Positions 53,181 to 62,899 of a stretch of 64,000 nt of DNA are shown in pieces (within the stretch, counting starts at the first letter, position 1; each line of letters starts with the position of its first letter). The translations under genes were made by a program, and so were the position numbers. Source of the DNA: Hungateiclostridiaceae bacterium UBA1305 (GTDB lineage: Bacteria; Bacillota; Clostridia; Acetivibrionales; DTU013); contig DBTX01000078.1 of the NCBI GenBank assembly GCA_002307275.1, positions 42-64,041 on the forward strand. The letters are read 5' to 3'. The notes beneath the pieces were generated by a model. It saw only the letters and a program-made list of their open reading frames with translations, ran no database searches and was not told the origin of the DNA.

Positions 53181-56100
53181 TTATGATATTCTCAAGTCCC
53201 TGGCCCATATGGCCGCCTGTGCTCTTCTGTTCACTCCCAGCTTGCCGTAAATGCCAAGTACATGTGTCTTTATTGTGTTTACCGTCAGCCCTGTGCTTTG
53301 TGCAATCTCTCCATTTGATTTACCGGTCGCCATGTGCCTGAGAATTTCCATTTCTCTCGTTGTCAACTGTTCAATAACCTTCGCATTCGTTGAGATTCTT
53401 GCTGCTTCAGCTTCATTTTCCATAAGATTCTGAAGCTTTCTCATAAGGAGCACCTGACAGGACAACACTTTTATTGCTTCAATGCCTTCTTCTGAAAACT
53501 CTTCCGCATTCATGCTTTTTTCGAGATAAAGCGCACCTGAAAAAATCTCCTGGACGATGAGGGGAAGGCATAATGCAGAAGCCGTATTGTTTCTTATAAT
53601 ATAAGAGTCGGTAAGAAAAACATCCCTGAGACGTTCGTCACTAAGAGACGCGATTTCATAAGTCCGCGCAGTATAGCGGATGAGCTTTTTGGGAATACCC
53701 TCATATTCTTCAAGAGGTATGTCAAGCGACTTTACAGGCAGTTCGATGCCTTCTTTGCACGCTTCTATATAAAGCTCTTCGTTTTTTTCGATCAGAATAA
53801 ATCCCTTGTCGGCATTAGATGTTTGTACAATAATATCAAGAAATTTCTCCAGAAGGATTTTCATATCTGTCTCACGTGACAGGCTTTTAATTTCCTCCAG
53901 TATCTTTGCCGAATCAAGCCTTTCCGTGTACTGTTTTTCAGCCTCGGGCAAATTTCCGCCGCAGGCCGGATTCTTTGCTTCCTGTCGGTTAATCAGATGC
54001 TCGTATCTCTTCTTCAGTGCTTTTTCTTTTCCCTCCGCTCCCCATAGCCTGTACTTTTTGCAGGCGTCTGCCAGATATGTGGCTGCAATTCTGTCCTTGC
54101 CCGAATCAGCATAATACCTGCCTGCCAGTTCACATATGATTGCCTCGTTTTGCAAAAAGCCGTTTTGTTCAGCCGACTTAGCTGCCTCATGATATAAATC
54201 CGCCACTCTTTCAGATTTCCCATTGATACGTGCATACTCGGCAGTCAACAGCAGATACTTGTGCCTGAAATTCTCCGGGCAGTTGTCCTGCCACTGTTTA
54301 AATCTGGAAATATTATGCTTTAAAACACTCCTGTACTTTCTTTTTTTGCTGTCCGGCAGTTGATGATAATTTGCGGTGATAATAAGAGAATGGTAGAACA
54401 AATGCTCCGCATATTGAATAAGACCCAGAACAGCATCCATATTTTTCTGTGCTTTTTCCAGCAGGTCAAACACCTCATCACTTTTTTCAGAAAGGTAATA
54501 TGCCTGCATTTTAAGTAAAAAATACATCATCATGTCATTACTGTTTTTTCCCATTTGAAGCTTAATATTCTCTTGCTCAAAGCATTCCAGGTTACCTGAC
54601 ATGATACCTGAAACGATCTTGTTCAGGCACTGCAAATACTCGGCAATATCCTGGCACTTCAGCCTTTTGCCCAATTCATAAGCACTTTGTATCTGACTGC
54701 GCAGCTCTTCCAGGTTCATGCCCATACAATAATTAAATTCTGTCTGAATAGCCGCCGAGCTGACTGCAAATATATACTCACCCGCCTCAATACCATATAG
54801 GATTCCTTTGCTGAAATACTCCTGGCTGCTGCTCCCATGTGCGATCCAGTGATTGATAAAGGTGGCATCCACAAAATTGACAATGCATCGGATATAAACA
54901 TCGTCATATCTCTCGCACAGTGCAGCTGCCGCTTTTTTAAGCAAACAGGATTTTTTATAGTTGCCCAAAACGCTGCCGGCAATTATTCCGTAGCCTGCAT
55001 AGCCGTAAGGCGCATATTTGGTATTGCCGTGCTTTATAGATAAAATAGCAATTTTCAGCGCGATGACGGCAAACAAATCAGGATTTATGAGATTCGAAGC
55101 AAGCGCCATGGAAATAAGCAGTTCAAGCACTTTATCCGTTTCCGGCGAATGGTTTTCCTTCATATTGAGTATGTTTTTAACTCTGCTTTTTCTAAAATAC
55201 CACATGGATTTTATTGTCAATATAGTAATCAGGGTTTTGCCCGGTCGCTCCGGTATATTTTCGCCAAGATTCTTTAGTGCTTCAATACCGGTTGAAATAG
55301 TTGCTTCATAATCTCCAACCGATGAAAACAGGTTTGCTTTTGCTCCGAGGATCTTCGCAGTTTCCATACCGGTTTTTGCCTTTGCCAGTAAAATGTCAAA
55401 TATATGATAGGATTCATTTATGCTTCCACACAAAAACAAGGTATTTGCATACCCTAGATTCAGTTCAGAAGATAAGCCGTAATCCGACCTCCATGAATTT
55501 TCCGTCAGAAGCAGCCTTCCTGATTCGAAGTACTTTAATGCCGAAGTGAATGCTACAGCCGCCATTGCTTTTTTACCTGCCGCAAGATTATACCTTGCAA
55601 GGCTGATACGCTCCGAACAGTCTGTTACCAACTCAAGCGCATTGTTAAAATGAGCCATGATGCTTAGAATTGTTTTGCCTAAATCACTTTCATCCGCACT
55701 GTTCAATAAAAGCCTGCCAATTTTAAAATCCAATTCTTTTCTTTCACTTTCTGTTATCTGTGCATAAACAGCCTGTTGAATCCTGTCATGCAGGAATTCA
55801 AAGCGCGGACCCGCATCCTTGTTGTCCTGAATATCAGCTGTCCGCAGAGGCTCTTCCGGGTCTTCCTCAGGAAGCAGCAACCCTTCTGCAAGTGCCGGCG
55901 AAAGTTTGTCCATGGTCTTCTCAAGGGTACATTGGGACACAATGGCCAGCATTTCCAGCGTAAAGGAATTTCCGATAACCGAAGCCAGTCTTAATGCATT
56001 TAATGTTTCAACAGGCAGCTTACTCAGCTTATTTATTACTATTTCAACAATATCCTCGGGAATTGTCATGCCGGATATATGTTCAATATCCCATTCCCAC

Positions 56101-56966
56101 CGGTCTTCCCGTTCATTAAAGCATAGATGCTTTTCATCGCAGAAGTGTTGCAGCATCTGAACGATAAAAAAGGCGTTACCCAATGTCTTTCTATGAATAA
56201 TACCGGCAAGCCTGGACGATTCCGCTCCGGCATCCTGAAGTGAATCGGCTACCATACTTACCGTTTGTTCATGCGTAAAGTTCTTGAGACGTATGGTTTC
56301 CGGTTTTATTCCGTCTTCTTCAATTTCTTTTAGCGTACTGCGAAGTGGGTGTGCCTCATCAACCTCTTCCTCCCTGTATGCTCCGATAATAAGTATATAC
56401 GCATTCCCGGGATTCTGGCACATTGACCTGAAAAGGTGCAGCGATGCCAGATCCGCCCATTGCAGGTCGTCTATGAATAAAACCACAGGCTGCTCCGCTG
56501 AGGCGAAAACCTCCAGAAATCTCTTGAAAACCTGTTCGAAACGCCTTTGCACTTTTTGGGGCTCCGCTTCCACTACCGCGGGAAGCTTGCCAACAATAAA
56601 TTCTATTTCCGGAATAAGCTCGGTTACTAATGCTCCATTGCTGCCCAATACCTTCATCAGTTTCTTTTTTTGTTTTTCAATCACCGGTTTTGGTTCGGTC
56701 AGCAATCTCCTTATAAGGCTTCTGAAGGCTTGGATAAAGGGAACATAAGGTTCATCCCGGTTATATTGTTCAAACTTGCCGGAGACAGAAATACTCTTCT
56801 CCCTCACAGCCGCTGTCAGTGCTTTGTTGACTAAAGTAGTTTTTCCCGTACCTGAAGAGCCACTAACAATAAGAATCCTGAACTCGCCCTTGCATACCTT
56901 GGAAAATGCTGCCTGCAAAGCATTTATCTCTTTTTCCCGCCCATATATCTTTTCAGAAATTTTCAT
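53181..56966 (-). CDS. Large ATP-binding LuxR-family regulator (LAL/MalT-like: AAA_16 P-loop NTPase + TPR-like repeats + GAF-like + C-terminal LuxR HTH)
   Basis: Walker A is VSGSSGTGKTTL and Walker B is VLFIDDLQWAD. The C-terminal LTTREMEILRHMATGKSNGEIAQSTGLTVNTIKTHVLGIYGKLGVNRRAQA is a LuxR/FixJ HTH. Confidence 0.8.
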   Translation of the reverse strand: MKISEKIYGREKEINALQAAFSKVCKGEFRILIVSGSSGTGKTTLVNKALTAAVREKSISVSGKFEQYNRDEPYVPFIQAFRSLIRRLLTEPKPVIEKQKKKLMKVLGSNGALVTELIPEIEFIVGKLPAVVEAEPQKVQRRFEQVFKRFLEVFASAEQPVVLFIDDLQWADLASLHLFRSMCQNPGNAYILIIGAYREEEVDEAHPLRSTLKEIEEDGIKPETIRLKNFTHEQTVSMVADSLQDAGAESSRLAGIIHRKTLGNAFFIVQMLQHFCDEKHLCFNEREDRWEWDIEHISGMTIPEDIVEIVINKLSKLPVETLNALRLASVIGNSFTLEMLAIVSQCTLEKTMDKLSPALAEGLLLPEEDPEEPLRTADIQDNKDAGPRFEFLHDRIQQAVYAQITESERKELDFKIGRLLLNSADESDLGKTILSIMAHFNNALELVTDCSERISLARYNLAAGKKAMAAVAFTSALKYFESGRLLLTENSWRSDYGLSSELNLGYANTLFLCGSINESYHIFDILLAKAKTGMETAKILGAKANLFSSVGDYEATISTGIEALKNLGENIPERPGKTLITILTIKSMWYFRKSRVKNILNMKENHSPETDKVLELLISMALASNLINPDLFAVIALKIAILSIKHGNTKYAPYGYAGYGIIAGSVLGNYKKSCLLKKAAAALCERYDDVYIRCIVNFVDATFINHWIAHGSSSQEYFSKGILYGIEAGEYIFAVSSAAIQTEFNYCMGMNLEELRSQIQSAYELGKRLKCQDIAEYLQCLNKIVSGIMSGNLECFEQENIKLQMGKNSNDMMMYFLLKMQAYYLSEKSDEVFDLLEKAQKNMDAVLGLIQYAEHLFYHSLIITANYHQLPDSKKRKYRSVLKHNISRFKQWQDNCPENFRHKYLLLTAEYARINGKSERVADLYHEAAKSAEQNGFLQNEAIICELAGRYYADSGKDRIAATYLADACKKYRLWGAEGKEKALKKRYEHLINRQEAKNPACGGNLPEAEKQYTERLDSAKILEEIKSLSRETDMKILLEKFLDIIVQTSNADKGFILIEKNEELYIEACKEGIELPVKSLDIPLEEYEGIPKKLIRYTARTYEIASLSDERLRDVFLTDSYIIRNNTASALCLPLIVQEIFSGALYLEKSMNAEEFSEEGIEAIKVLSCQVLLMRKLQNLMENEAEAARISTNAKVIEQLTTREMEILRHMATGKSNGEIAQSTGLTVNTIKTHVLGIYGKLGVNRRAQAAIWARDLRIS

Positions 56967-57077
56967 TCTGTCTCAATTCCTCATCTTCCCCTTGTCTCAT
57001 GCCTTTCTCATCAACTCTATCAATTCCGGCCTGAATAGTTTTAATTTTTTCTTACTCCATTCTAATCTTTGTGGGCA

Positions 57078-57109
57078 TAAAAAAAGTACCGATTGCATGA
57101 TCGGTACTT
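57078..57109 (-). terminator. Intrinsic terminator downstream of the histidine kinase gene
   Basis: The minus-strand AGTACCGAT-CATGCA-ATCGGTACT (9-bp perfect stem) is followed by TTTTTTT. Confidence 0.7.
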
Positions 57110-57150
57110 GAAATAGCATAATCGACATTTTTCTTCCTTTTTCTGGTGCA

Positions 57151-58359
57151 TTAATCGACAAGTATTGCGATATCTACCTTAAAAACACCTTTTCCCGCTC
57201 CTGTTTTTATCAATCCATTGTGTTTGTTCACCAGATATTCGATATTGTTTAAGCCGAAGCCGTGATTTTCGGCGTCAGGCTTGGTCGTATGGTTCTTTCC
57301 GCCTTGTGCAGCCGATTCCCGGTTCACCGGATTTTCCACCTGAATGATCAGATAATCCGGCCTGTAGAGGAGGTTTAAGCCAATATACCGACGGCCTTCG
57401 CCGATTGCAGCACAGGCTTCGATCGCATTATCCAGCAGGTTCCCCAGAATCACGGCAAGGTCGAATTCATTGAGTTTCAGTCCCTCAGGAACGCTGACAT
57501 CCAGCTTCAGCTCAATCTTTTCTTCCCTTGCGGCGGATAATTTATAATTCAGTATTGCCCGCAGCATGGAATAGGGTATATTCACAATGTTCCTGTACTC
57601 CTCAGCGGTTTTTACCAGCTGCTTCGCATAGTCTCCCGCCCTGTCCGCTTCGCTGCCTTCCAGCAACCCGTAGATGACGCCAAGGTGGTTGTTGAAATCA
57701 TGTCTCTCCGATTTCAATTTATATATGAGCTGCTCCAGATTCTCCATATAATAAAGCTGCTGGTGATAGTTTTCCTCTATGGTCCTGGCATATGCTTCAC
57801 TGCGCGTTCTTTCCCTCATATAGGTATTGGAATACACAATGATCATTACTGCCATGGCAGCCATAATTACAGATAGGTGAACTGCCATATCAGGGAAAAA
57901 CAGGCTTCTTCGCAAGCCTGCTCCAAGCCAGCCCGAGTTGATTGCATCACGCAAAATAAGCAGCATTTCAACGACAAACAAGGAGATTACGATAACGATG
58001 CGAAAACGCCCCGATAAAATAATGCTTAAGATCGCAATGAAAATAATCGTATAATAGGGCAAAACGCCGTTGCTCCCGCCACTGGCTATCCAGTTGTAGG
58101 GGATGAAGACAAAAACCAGTACTCCGGAAGAAATTACAGAAATTATTCTGAAGCAACTCCTGAACCTTGAAAGATAATAAGTCAGTATCCAGCATCCTAC
58201 AAAGATGACATCAATCAGGATGTCCACCCTATAGTAAACATCCATCACAGTACCAAAAGCAGTCATAAATATTCCAAGGAGCATTGCAAAATTAAATATT
58301 CTTTCCTCAAAGGTAGAGTGCCCCGCGTCTCCGGTAAGAAAAGCGCCTATTCCCTTCAT
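57151..58359 (-). CDS. GHKL sensor histidine kinase, AgrC/ComD-like (HPK10), polytopic membrane N-terminus
   Basis: 5-6 N-terminal TM segments are present. The H-box is KSERHDFNNHLGVIYGLL, the N-box is LGNLLDNAIEA and the G-box is HGFGLNNI. Confidence 0.8.
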   Translation of the reverse strand: MKGIGAFLTGDAGHSTFEERIFNFAMLLGIFMTAFGTVMDVYYRVDILIDVIFVGCWILTYYLSRFRSCFRIISVISSGVLVFVFIPYNWIASGGSNGVLPYYTIIFIAILSIILSGRFRIVIVISLFVVEMLLILRDAINSGWLGAGLRRSLFFPDMAVHLSVIMAAMAVMIIVYSNTYMRERTRSEAYARTIEENYHQQLYYMENLEQLIYKLKSERHDFNNHLGVIYGLLEGSEADRAGDYAKQLVKTAEEYRNIVNIPYSMLRAILNYKLSAAREEKIELKLDVSVPEGLKLNEFDLAVILGNLLDNAIEACAAIGEGRRYIGLNLLYRPDYLIIQVENPVNRESAAQGGKNHTTKPDAENHGFGLNNIEYLVNKHNGLIKTGAGKGVFKVDIAILVD

Positions 58360-58370
58360 TATGCTTCCTT

Positions 58371-59087
58371 TCAGGCGAACAACCTCCTCGCCAGCATTTC
58401 TTTAATATTATCAACAAAAGACCTGCTCACAGGCAGCTTGAGATTTCCGTCCAGGAACAGGGTCTTGTCCCGGAAGCCCCTGATTTTTTCTACATTTGCA
58501 ATATAGCCCTGATGGCATTGGATAAAGCAATCTGCATCGATCTCACCAAGAAGATTGAGTAAATTATTGTAATAGCAAATATCACGGTTTTCCGTATGGA
58601 TTTTTATCTGGTGGCCTATTTTTTCAAAATAATAGATTTCGCTATAATTCAAAGAAGCAATCTCGCCTTTTACCTGAATAATTAACTTTCTCTCAGGCCT
58701 GGCCCCTCTTTTCTTTTTCATGAAATTCAGAGCTTCCTCAAGCACAAGATAGAATTTTTCTTTCGTCAAAGGCTTCAGCAGATAATGAAATGCTCTTACG
58801 CGGAAGGCTTCGAGGGCGTATTCTTCATGTGCGGTTATGTAAACAATGACGGTGTCTTCATAAAATGCCTTGATTTTTTCTCCAAGACGGATACCGTTCA
58901 TTTCGATCATGTCAATGTCCAGGAATACCAACTGCGGCCTGTCCGCTTCCATTTTCACGAGAAAGTCTTCCGGCTCCGTAGCTGCGATAATTCCAAATTC
59001 ATCGGCACCCTGATAACTATGCAGATATTGCAAAAGTAATTGAACCTGCTCAGAATTATCATCACAGATACCAATTGTGAATGCCAT
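58371..59087 (-). CDS. LytTR-family response regulator, cognate partner of the AgrC-like kinase
   Basis: The receiver has ICDDN...VFLDIDMIEMNG. The LytTR domain has FIQCHQGYIANVEKIRGF...LPVSRSF. It is separated from the kinase gene by 11 nt. Confidence 0.85.
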   Translation of the reverse strand: MAFTIGICDDNSEQVQLLLQYLHSYQGADEFGIIAATEPEDFLVKMEADRPQLVFLDIDMIEMNGIRLGEKIKAFYEDTVIVYITAHEEYALEAFRVRAFHYLLKPLTKEKFYLVLEEALNFMKKKRGARPERKLIIQVKGEIASLNYSEIYYFEKIGHQIKIHTENRDICYYNNLLNLLGEIDADCFIQCHQGYIANVEKIRGFRDKTLFLDGNLKLPVSRSFVDNIKEMLARRLFA

Positions 59088-59232
59088 GATTCCATCTCCT
59101 TCATCTATGCTTTATTATATTATATATTCCTGCAGTTTTTTCGACAATAGTACCCTGGGTTGATGCGCGGGGAGGGACGGCATGCCTGTCAAATAAGAAT
59201 CGAAGCATGCGGTAATCATTGAAATCAGGTAC

Positions 59233-59270
59233 CAAAAAAGATGGCCTTAGTTTTACGTAAAACCATCTTT
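59233..59270 (-). terminator. Intrinsic terminator downstream of uxaC
   Basis: The minus-strand AAAGATGG...CCATCTTT (8-bp stem, with an inner TTTTACGTAAAA palindrome) is followed by TTTTTGG. Confidence 0.6.
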
Positions 59271-59356
59271 ATCAGAATGCCTTCCTATAGAACTCCACTG
59301 CTTCTCGACAGTTACCATTAAAATAAATATATGCATTTAAAGCCATACGTCCTGCT

Positions 59357-59395
59357 CCTTCACCTGAAAATATTCATTGCTATTTTCGGTGAAGG
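59357..59395 (-). terminator. Strong hairpin immediately after the uxaC stop (no U-tract)
   Basis: CCTTCACCTGAAAATA (59357-59372) pairs with TATTTTCGGTGAAGG (59381-59395) with one bulge. No T-run follows, so it is possibly a processing/stability element rather than a terminator. Confidence 0.4.
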
Positions 59396-59398
59396 ATA

Positions 59399-60805
59399 TT
59401 ATTTCCCAAGCTGGAAGTAGTTAACCGCATTATTGTAGCAGATGTCCTGCACCATACCGCCGAGCAGCTTCATGTCACAGGGCGCTTCGCCATTTTCGGC
59501 CCATTCGGCGATCAGGTTGCAGAGTATCCTTCTGAAATATTCGTGTCTTGTATAGGAAGAAAAACTCCTCGAGTCCGTGAGCATACCCACAAACCTGCTG
59601 AGAAGTCCGAGATTGGCAAGCGCCGTCATTTGCCTGATCATGCCGTCCTTCTGGTCATTGAACCACCAGCCTGAGCCGAACTGTACCTTGCCTGGTATCA
59701 CGCTGCTCTGGAAACAACCGGTCATCGTTGCCAGAACTTCATTTTCCCTTGGGTTGATCGTATATAGAATTGTTTTTGGCAGTTCACCTGTTTCTTCAAG
59801 TGCATTCAAAAACTTTGCCAGATCCTCTGCAAAGATCCTATCCCCAATCGTATCAAATCCTGTATCCGGCCCAAGCCTCTTCATCATAGAGCTATTCGCA
59901 TTTCTAAGCACACCCATGTGAAGCTGCATTACCCAGTTCCTCTTTGCATACTCCCTGCCTAAAAATAGCAGCACCTGTGTTTTGTATTTTTTTATTTCTA
60001 TTTCAGTCAGCGTCTGCCCGGATAAAGCTTTTTCAAATATTCCGCCGGTCTCCGCTTCAGTCGCCTCACCATACATTAGCGGGTCCTGGGCATGGTCGGA
60101 AACTCTGCAGCCTGCATCATGGAAGAATTCAATACGCAGAATAAGAGCCTTCTTCAGATCCTCGAAGCTGCGTATCTTGATTTCTGCTGCTTTGCCCAAC
60201 CTCGCCAGATAATCTGCAAAGCCATCCTTCTCGAGGTTTATTGCTTTATCCGGTCTGAAAGCCGGCAGCACCTTCGTCTTAAATGATGAATCGGCGGCTA
60301 TTGCCTTATGATACTCAAGCGTATCAGCCGGGTCATCTGTTGTGCAGATTATAACGACATTGGAACGTTTTATCAGATCTCTGGCAGATAGCTGCCCGGA
60401 AGCCAGTATTTCATTGCAGCGATTCCAGATCTCCTCTGCCGTATCCGGTGAGAGAACCGTCTCTATGCCGAAGTATCTCCTGAGCTCAAGGTGCGTCCAG
60501 TGGTAAAGGGGATTGCCAATACAGCGGGAGATGGTTTCAGCAAATTTAATAAATTTTTCCTTATCGGTCGAATCACCGGTTATGTATTTTTCCTCAATGC
60601 CGTTACTCCTCATCGCGCGCCATTTGTAATGGTCTCCGGCAAGCCAGAGTTCAGTGATGTTCCTGTATCTCTTATCCTCTGCTATTTCTTTTGGATTCAA
60701 GTGGCAGTGGTAGTCAATAATCGGCATTTCCTCTGAATAATTATGATATAACTCCTCCGCCGTTTTACTGTTCAACAGAAAATTTTTATCCATAAAAGCC
60801 TTCAT
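59399..60805 (-). CDS. uxaC: Glucuronate isomerase (uronate isomerase)
   Basis: MKAFMDKNFLLNSKTAEELYHNYSEEMPIIDYHCHLNPKEIAED, ITELWLAGDHYKWRAMRSNG and NPLYHWTHLELRRYFG are canonical UxaC blocks. GAGGAG RBS precedes the ATG at 60805; the track start at 60859 is an extension. Confidence 0.95.
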   Translation of the reverse strand: MKAFMDKNFLLNSKTAEELYHNYSEEMPIIDYHCHLNPKEIAEDKRYRNITELWLAGDHYKWRAMRSNGIEEKYITGDSTDKEKFIKFAETISRCIGNPLYHWTHLELRRYFGIETVLSPDTAEEIWNRCNEILASGQLSARDLIKRSNVVIICTTDDPADTLEYHKAIAADSSFKTKVLPAFRPDKAINLEKDGFADYLARLGKAAEIKIRSFEDLKKALILRIEFFHDAGCRVSDHAQDPLMYGEATEAETGGIFEKALSGQTLTEIEIKKYKTQVLLFLGREYAKRNWVMQLHMGVLRNANSSMMKRLGPDTGFDTIGDRIFAEDLAKFLNALEETGELPKTILYTINPRENEVLATMTGCFQSSVIPGKVQFGSGWWFNDQKDGMIRQMTALANLGLLSRFVGMLTDSRSFSSYTRHEYFRRILCNLIAEWAENGEAPCDMKLLGGMVQDICYNNAVNYFQLGK

Positions 60806-60857
60806 TGCTTCTCTCCTCTTTTCTGATTCTCCATATGCTTCCCGATAGACTGTCAGC

Positions 60858-60925
60858 ACTGATATGCCAGTGATGTAAGTACTGATATTCCCGTGATGTA
60901 AGCATTTACATTCCCGTGAATATTA
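60858..60925. repeat. 23-bp imperfect tandem direct repeat (2.6 copies) 50-120 nt upstream of uxaC; candidate operator array
   Basis: ACTGATATGCCAGTGATGTAAGT (60858-60880) and ACTGATATTCCCGTGATGTAAGC (60881-60903) are followed by TTTACATTCCCGTGAATATTA. Confidence 0.4.
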
Positions 60926-61054
60926 TATAATTTTTCCCTGATTTATGTCAATGTCCATACCGGTAATACAATCGGATAAGCAATATAAATTACAAAAATT
61001 ATCTGATACAGAAAAAGAATTAAATTCCTGCAAAAAGCAGAAGGTAATATCGCT

Positions 61055-61195
61055 TTACTTTTCGCCTGCTGCGGCATAGCTCACAAATTGTTTGACGCCA
61101 TCCAGTCCGAGGACATGATTGATCTCTTCGTCATCAAAGGCAGCGATGGCACATGCACCGAGATAACAACAGAAAATATTTCCGTTGGCACACTG
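61055..61195 (-). pseudogene. C-terminal fragment (46 codons) of a nitroreductase-family gene
   Basis: Hand translation gives QCANGNIFCCYLGACAIAAFDDEEINHVLGLDGVKQFVSYAAAGEK*. This resembles the C-terminus of nitroreductase/SagB-type proteins. An in-frame TGA lies immediately upstream and no N-terminal part is present. Confidence 0.45.
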
Positions 61196-61282
61196 TCAAC
61201 TGTATCCTACGGAATCAGGGTCGACAGTTATTGGAACTAATAAACACATTGTAACAATTCAAAAAAGCTGTTAAACTGGAAA

Positions 61283-61399
61283 CAGGCTAAGTTCATGCTG
61301 TCCAGACTATATTTTATTGATCCTCTCTCTTGCCCAAAATGCAGCGGCACAATGAGGATTATTTCGTTTAGCAAGAGGAATTGCTCAATTGTGATTTGA
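61283..61399 (+). pseudogene. C-terminal remnant of an IS91-family-like transposase
   Basis: Hand translation gives ...AKFMLSRLYFIDPLSCPKCSGTMRIISFSKRNCSIVI*. DPLxCPxCxGxMxIIxF is the C-terminal zinc motif I associate with IS91-type transposases. No upstream catalytic part is present. Confidence 0.45.
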
Positions 61400-61765
61400 G
61401 AGGCACCGGGCAGTTGTTAAAATATTTGCTCGGTTTTAAAATAAGAAAGTACCTGACACTTTTTACAGGGAAGGGCGTAATATGTTGTACCGAAAGGACA
61501 ATAAGCTTTATGCTAATTGAACATATACTAGATATATTTTTATGTGTTACGATCTATTAAAATAGAATGTTATTATTTGAGACATGGAATTGTTGATTGT
61601 AAGGAATGCGAGGATGCAGAATATTTTATATTTTTGTGTCTTTTTTTATTGTTTTGCATGCTAAAGGTCAAGGAAGCAGAGAGTTCTGTTAAGAGTTCAA
61701 ACGGGTTTGACAGAGCCATGATCATTGTTTGGAATATATTCTGAATTACTGGGAGGAAGATGAAA

Positions 61766-62899
61766 ATGAAAATGATTTCTTTAAAACCACACATTTACAG
61801 GTTTGATGATTTTAAAACATTTGCGAAGGAATTTGAATTAAGCGGGAGTGATTTGGTGCTTACACACGAATTCCTGTACCGTCCTTATATGGAGGCTCTC
61901 GGCCTTAAGTGCACGTTTGCCTTTCAGGAAAAGTACGGTAGCGGTGAGCCGTCGGATGAAATGATTGACAGAATAATAGCAAATCATTCACTGGACAGCT
62001 TTGACAGAATCATCGCAATCGGAGGGGGAACTGTCATTGATATTGCAAAAATATTGGCTCTTGGCGGAGTAACAAAATCCTCAGAGCTTTTTGAGAAGCA
62101 TATCAGTCCGGTCAAAAAAAGAAAGCTGCTTATTGTTCCTACCACATGCGGAACCGGAAGCGAAGTAACCAACATTTCCATTGCTGAAGTCAAGCATCTC
62201 CATACCAAGCTGGGGCTTGTCGGTGATAGCCTCTATCCGGATCATGCCGTATTGATACCAAAGCTCCTTGAAAATCTGCCATATCCATTTTTCGTATACA
62301 GCTCAATAGATGCGCTTATACATGCAATGGAATCAATGCTGTCTCCAAAGGCGAATATTTATACGGAGCTATACAGCACAGCAGCAATAAACAAAATACT
62401 GGAGGGGTATGCAGAAATTCTGGAAAAAGGTCAGGAACATCGTAAAAATCTCCTTGAAAACTTTCTTATTGCAAGTAATTACGCAGGGATAGCCTTTGCA
62501 AACACAGGTGTGGGGGCGGTGCATGCCCTGTCGTATCCACTGGGCGGAGTCTACCATGTACCCCATGGCGAAGCGAATTACCAGTTTCTCATTGAGGTAT
62601 TCAATTTATATTATGCACTGAATCCAAACGGCAAAATAAAGGAACTGATCAGGCTGATAGCCGGCAAAATCGGCGGTGCGGCAGATGGAGATACCTTTGA
62701 CAGGCTGGGTGATTTTCTTAACGATATAATAAAGGCAAAAAAGCTTTCGGAATACGGTATGAAAAAAGAGGAAATAGAACTGTTTTCCCAAAATGTAATT
62801 GAAAAGCAGCAGAGACTTCTTGTCAATTCTTATGTACCGATTGCTCTGCCTGATATAATCAATATTTATAAAAATCTGTATCAGGGGGTGGATTTATGA
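61766..62899 (+). CDS. Iron-containing alcohol dehydrogenase family, 4-hydroxybutyrate dehydrogenase-like
   Basis: FQEKYGSGEPSDEMIDRII, IIAIGGGTVIDIAKIL, VPTTCGTGSEVTNISIAE, GVGAVHALSYPLGGVYHVPHGEANY and QRLLVNSY closely follow my memory of clostridial 4hbD. GGGAGG RBS favours the ATG at 61766 over 61760. Confidence 0.7.
   Translation: MKMISLKPHIYRFDDFKTFAKEFELSGSDLVLTHEFLYRPYMEALGLKCTFAFQEKYGSGEPSDEMIDRIIANHSLDSFDRIIAIGGGTVIDIAKILALGGVTKSSELFEKHISPVKKRKLLIVPTTCGTGSEVTNISIAEVKHLHTKLGLVGDSLYPDHAVLIPKLLENLPYPFFVYSSIDALIHAMESMLSPKANIYTELYSTAAINKILEGYAEILEKGQEHRKNLLENFLIASNYAGIAFANTGVGAVHALSYPLGGVYHVPHGEANYQFLIEVFNLYYALNPNGKIKELIRLIAGKIGGAADGDTFDRLGDFLNDIIKAKKLSEYGMKKEEIELFSQNVIEKQQRLLVNSYVPIALPDIINIYKNLYQGVDL

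Noticed and set aside
61544-61794. ORFs 61544..61744 (+) and 61573..61794 (-) in the decayed zone, and 63772..63954 (-)
   Set aside because: These are short, AT-rich and mutually antisense, with no SD or motifs. They lie in regions better explained as promoter or intergenic sequence for the 4hbD-like gene and the final partial ORF.
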